This document shows, piece by piece, positions 63,098 through 64,000 of a stretch of DNA of 64,000 bases. Each line of letters begins with the position of its first letter. Positions within the stretch are counted from its first letter, which is position 1. The notes below the pieces were generated by a model. That model did not search any database. It saw only the letters and a program-made list of their open reading frames with translations, and was not told the origin of the DNA. This DNA comes from Vitrella brassicaformis CCMP3155 (Eukaryota; Protista; Chromerida), in the NCBI GenBank assembly GCA_001179505.1, contig CDMY01000488.1:248001-312000 (forward strand), given 5' to 3'. Made by a program: the position numbers and the translations under genes.

Positions 63098-64000
63098 ATG
63101 GTGTCGTCGACCCGCGGCATGCACGGCCTCGCCCGGCTCCCTGCAGAGCTGTGGACGCTCAACCTCTCAGGCACACTCACGGACAAGGTAAGCTACGCAT
63201 TAGAAAGGCGCACACAGGCAAGGTCCGGCTCAGGCACACTCACAGACAAGGTATGCAGCAAACCGGCACACAGTGGCACTAATGCATCCCAATTCCGTGC
63301 ATGTAGGAGACCATGCGGCTGTCTGTCCTGGACGAAAGCTGCTTCGAGGCCATCTGCTCGTCCACCCTCGTCATCGGACCAGACGTCCCTCGGCCTCGGC
63401 GAGCCCAGCTGTGCTCCAATGGCTCTCAGAAGATCATACTAGTGGTCGCCAAGGGAGGCTGCCGCCTCAAGAACGAGGCTCTGAAGTTCTTCGTCACTAC
63501 TATGCAGCAGCAGGGCGACACCATCAAGGCCATCAAGTCGGTCCAGTGTGCATTTGAAGGTTACCGCCGGCCGGGGTGGGACCCCAAGTGTCTCCGGGGC
63601 GAAGCGCGGACGTTTCCGGCGCTCACCGACATCGACGTGGGGCTCATTCCTGTGCTGCAGATATTCCGGCACTTCAGCTGGAAGGCACCCGGCCTGAAGA
63701 CCCTCACAGCCCGAGTGCGCAGCGACAGCCAGCCATTGCTAGATCTGACGGGACACCTCAATGCTGGCGGTTTCCAAGACGCGCTGAGCCAACTGTTGAC
63801 CCATTCGCCCCTCATCCGCCACATTGACGTGTTCCCTCTGCCTACACACGTCTGCGGCACGGCACTCGACACACGTGGAGGCAGCCTGGAATCGGTGGGC
63901 GACATGGTCTTCCTCACGCACGATAAGGAGATGGACAGGCTTGTGCGGGGCCTGCCGCGCATCCAGGCGTCAGCGTCGAGGAAGCACATCGGCATGTTCG
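63098..64000 (+). CDS. F-box-like / LRR-like paralog of the gene at 1-2272; runs off the window end
   Basis: MVSSTRGMHGLARLPAELWTLNLSGTLTDK|ETMRLSVLDESCFEAICSSTLVIGPDVPR...ARTFPALTDIDV...VFPLPTHVCGTAL...GGSLESVGDMV. Collinear with the minus-strand copy. Intron acceptor at 63306, and the frame stays open to 64000. Confidence 0.75.

Noticed and set aside
1220-64000. Inverted paralogs at the window ends as terminal inverted repeats of a giant transposon
   Set aside because: They are diverged, intron-containing genes pointing outward, and no transposase, integrase or polymerase or TSD is evident.
1-64000. tRNA, rRNA, snRNA, CRISPR arrays and transposase/RT ORFs
   Set aside because: None could be recognised by eye. 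tRNAscan-SE, Infernal and a repeat library search would be needed to exclude small RNAs or degenerate elements.

Overview
Intron-rich eukaryotic genomic DNA. It has GC-rich exons and short GT-AG introns packed with (CA)n, (GA)n, (GACA)n and (GATG)n repeats, and six 300-N assembly gaps. The ApiAP2-type gene, the bipartite plastid-type presequence and the overall style point to a chromerid alveolate, probably Vitrella brassicaformis (inference). I reconstructed exon structures by eye for about 16 loci. Well-supported genes: type II NAD(P)H dehydrogenase, 3R-MYB, membrane-anchored pepsin-family protease, tandem-AP2 protein, ABCC transporter, 1,3-beta-glucan synthase (GT48) and a BTB+TLDc protein. 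Less certain: an XK-like membrane protein, a small secreted DUF4787-like protein, a prominin/tweety-like pentaspan protein, an acidic low-complexity protein, and two inverted F-box-like paralogs at the window ends. The 51-57.5 kb region looks like recent gene remodelling. A ~600 bp block of IQ-motif exons is duplicated: one copy sits in an IQ+CBM48 gene that now has a premature stop, and the other is spliced in phase onto an F-box-like gene of a lineage-specific family. A truncated, frameshifted member of that family and an orphan GH3 catalytic-motif fragment also lie in the window. No rRNA, tRNA, CRISPR array or transposase could be supported. Internal exon boundaries and all family calls are pattern recognition, not database results.
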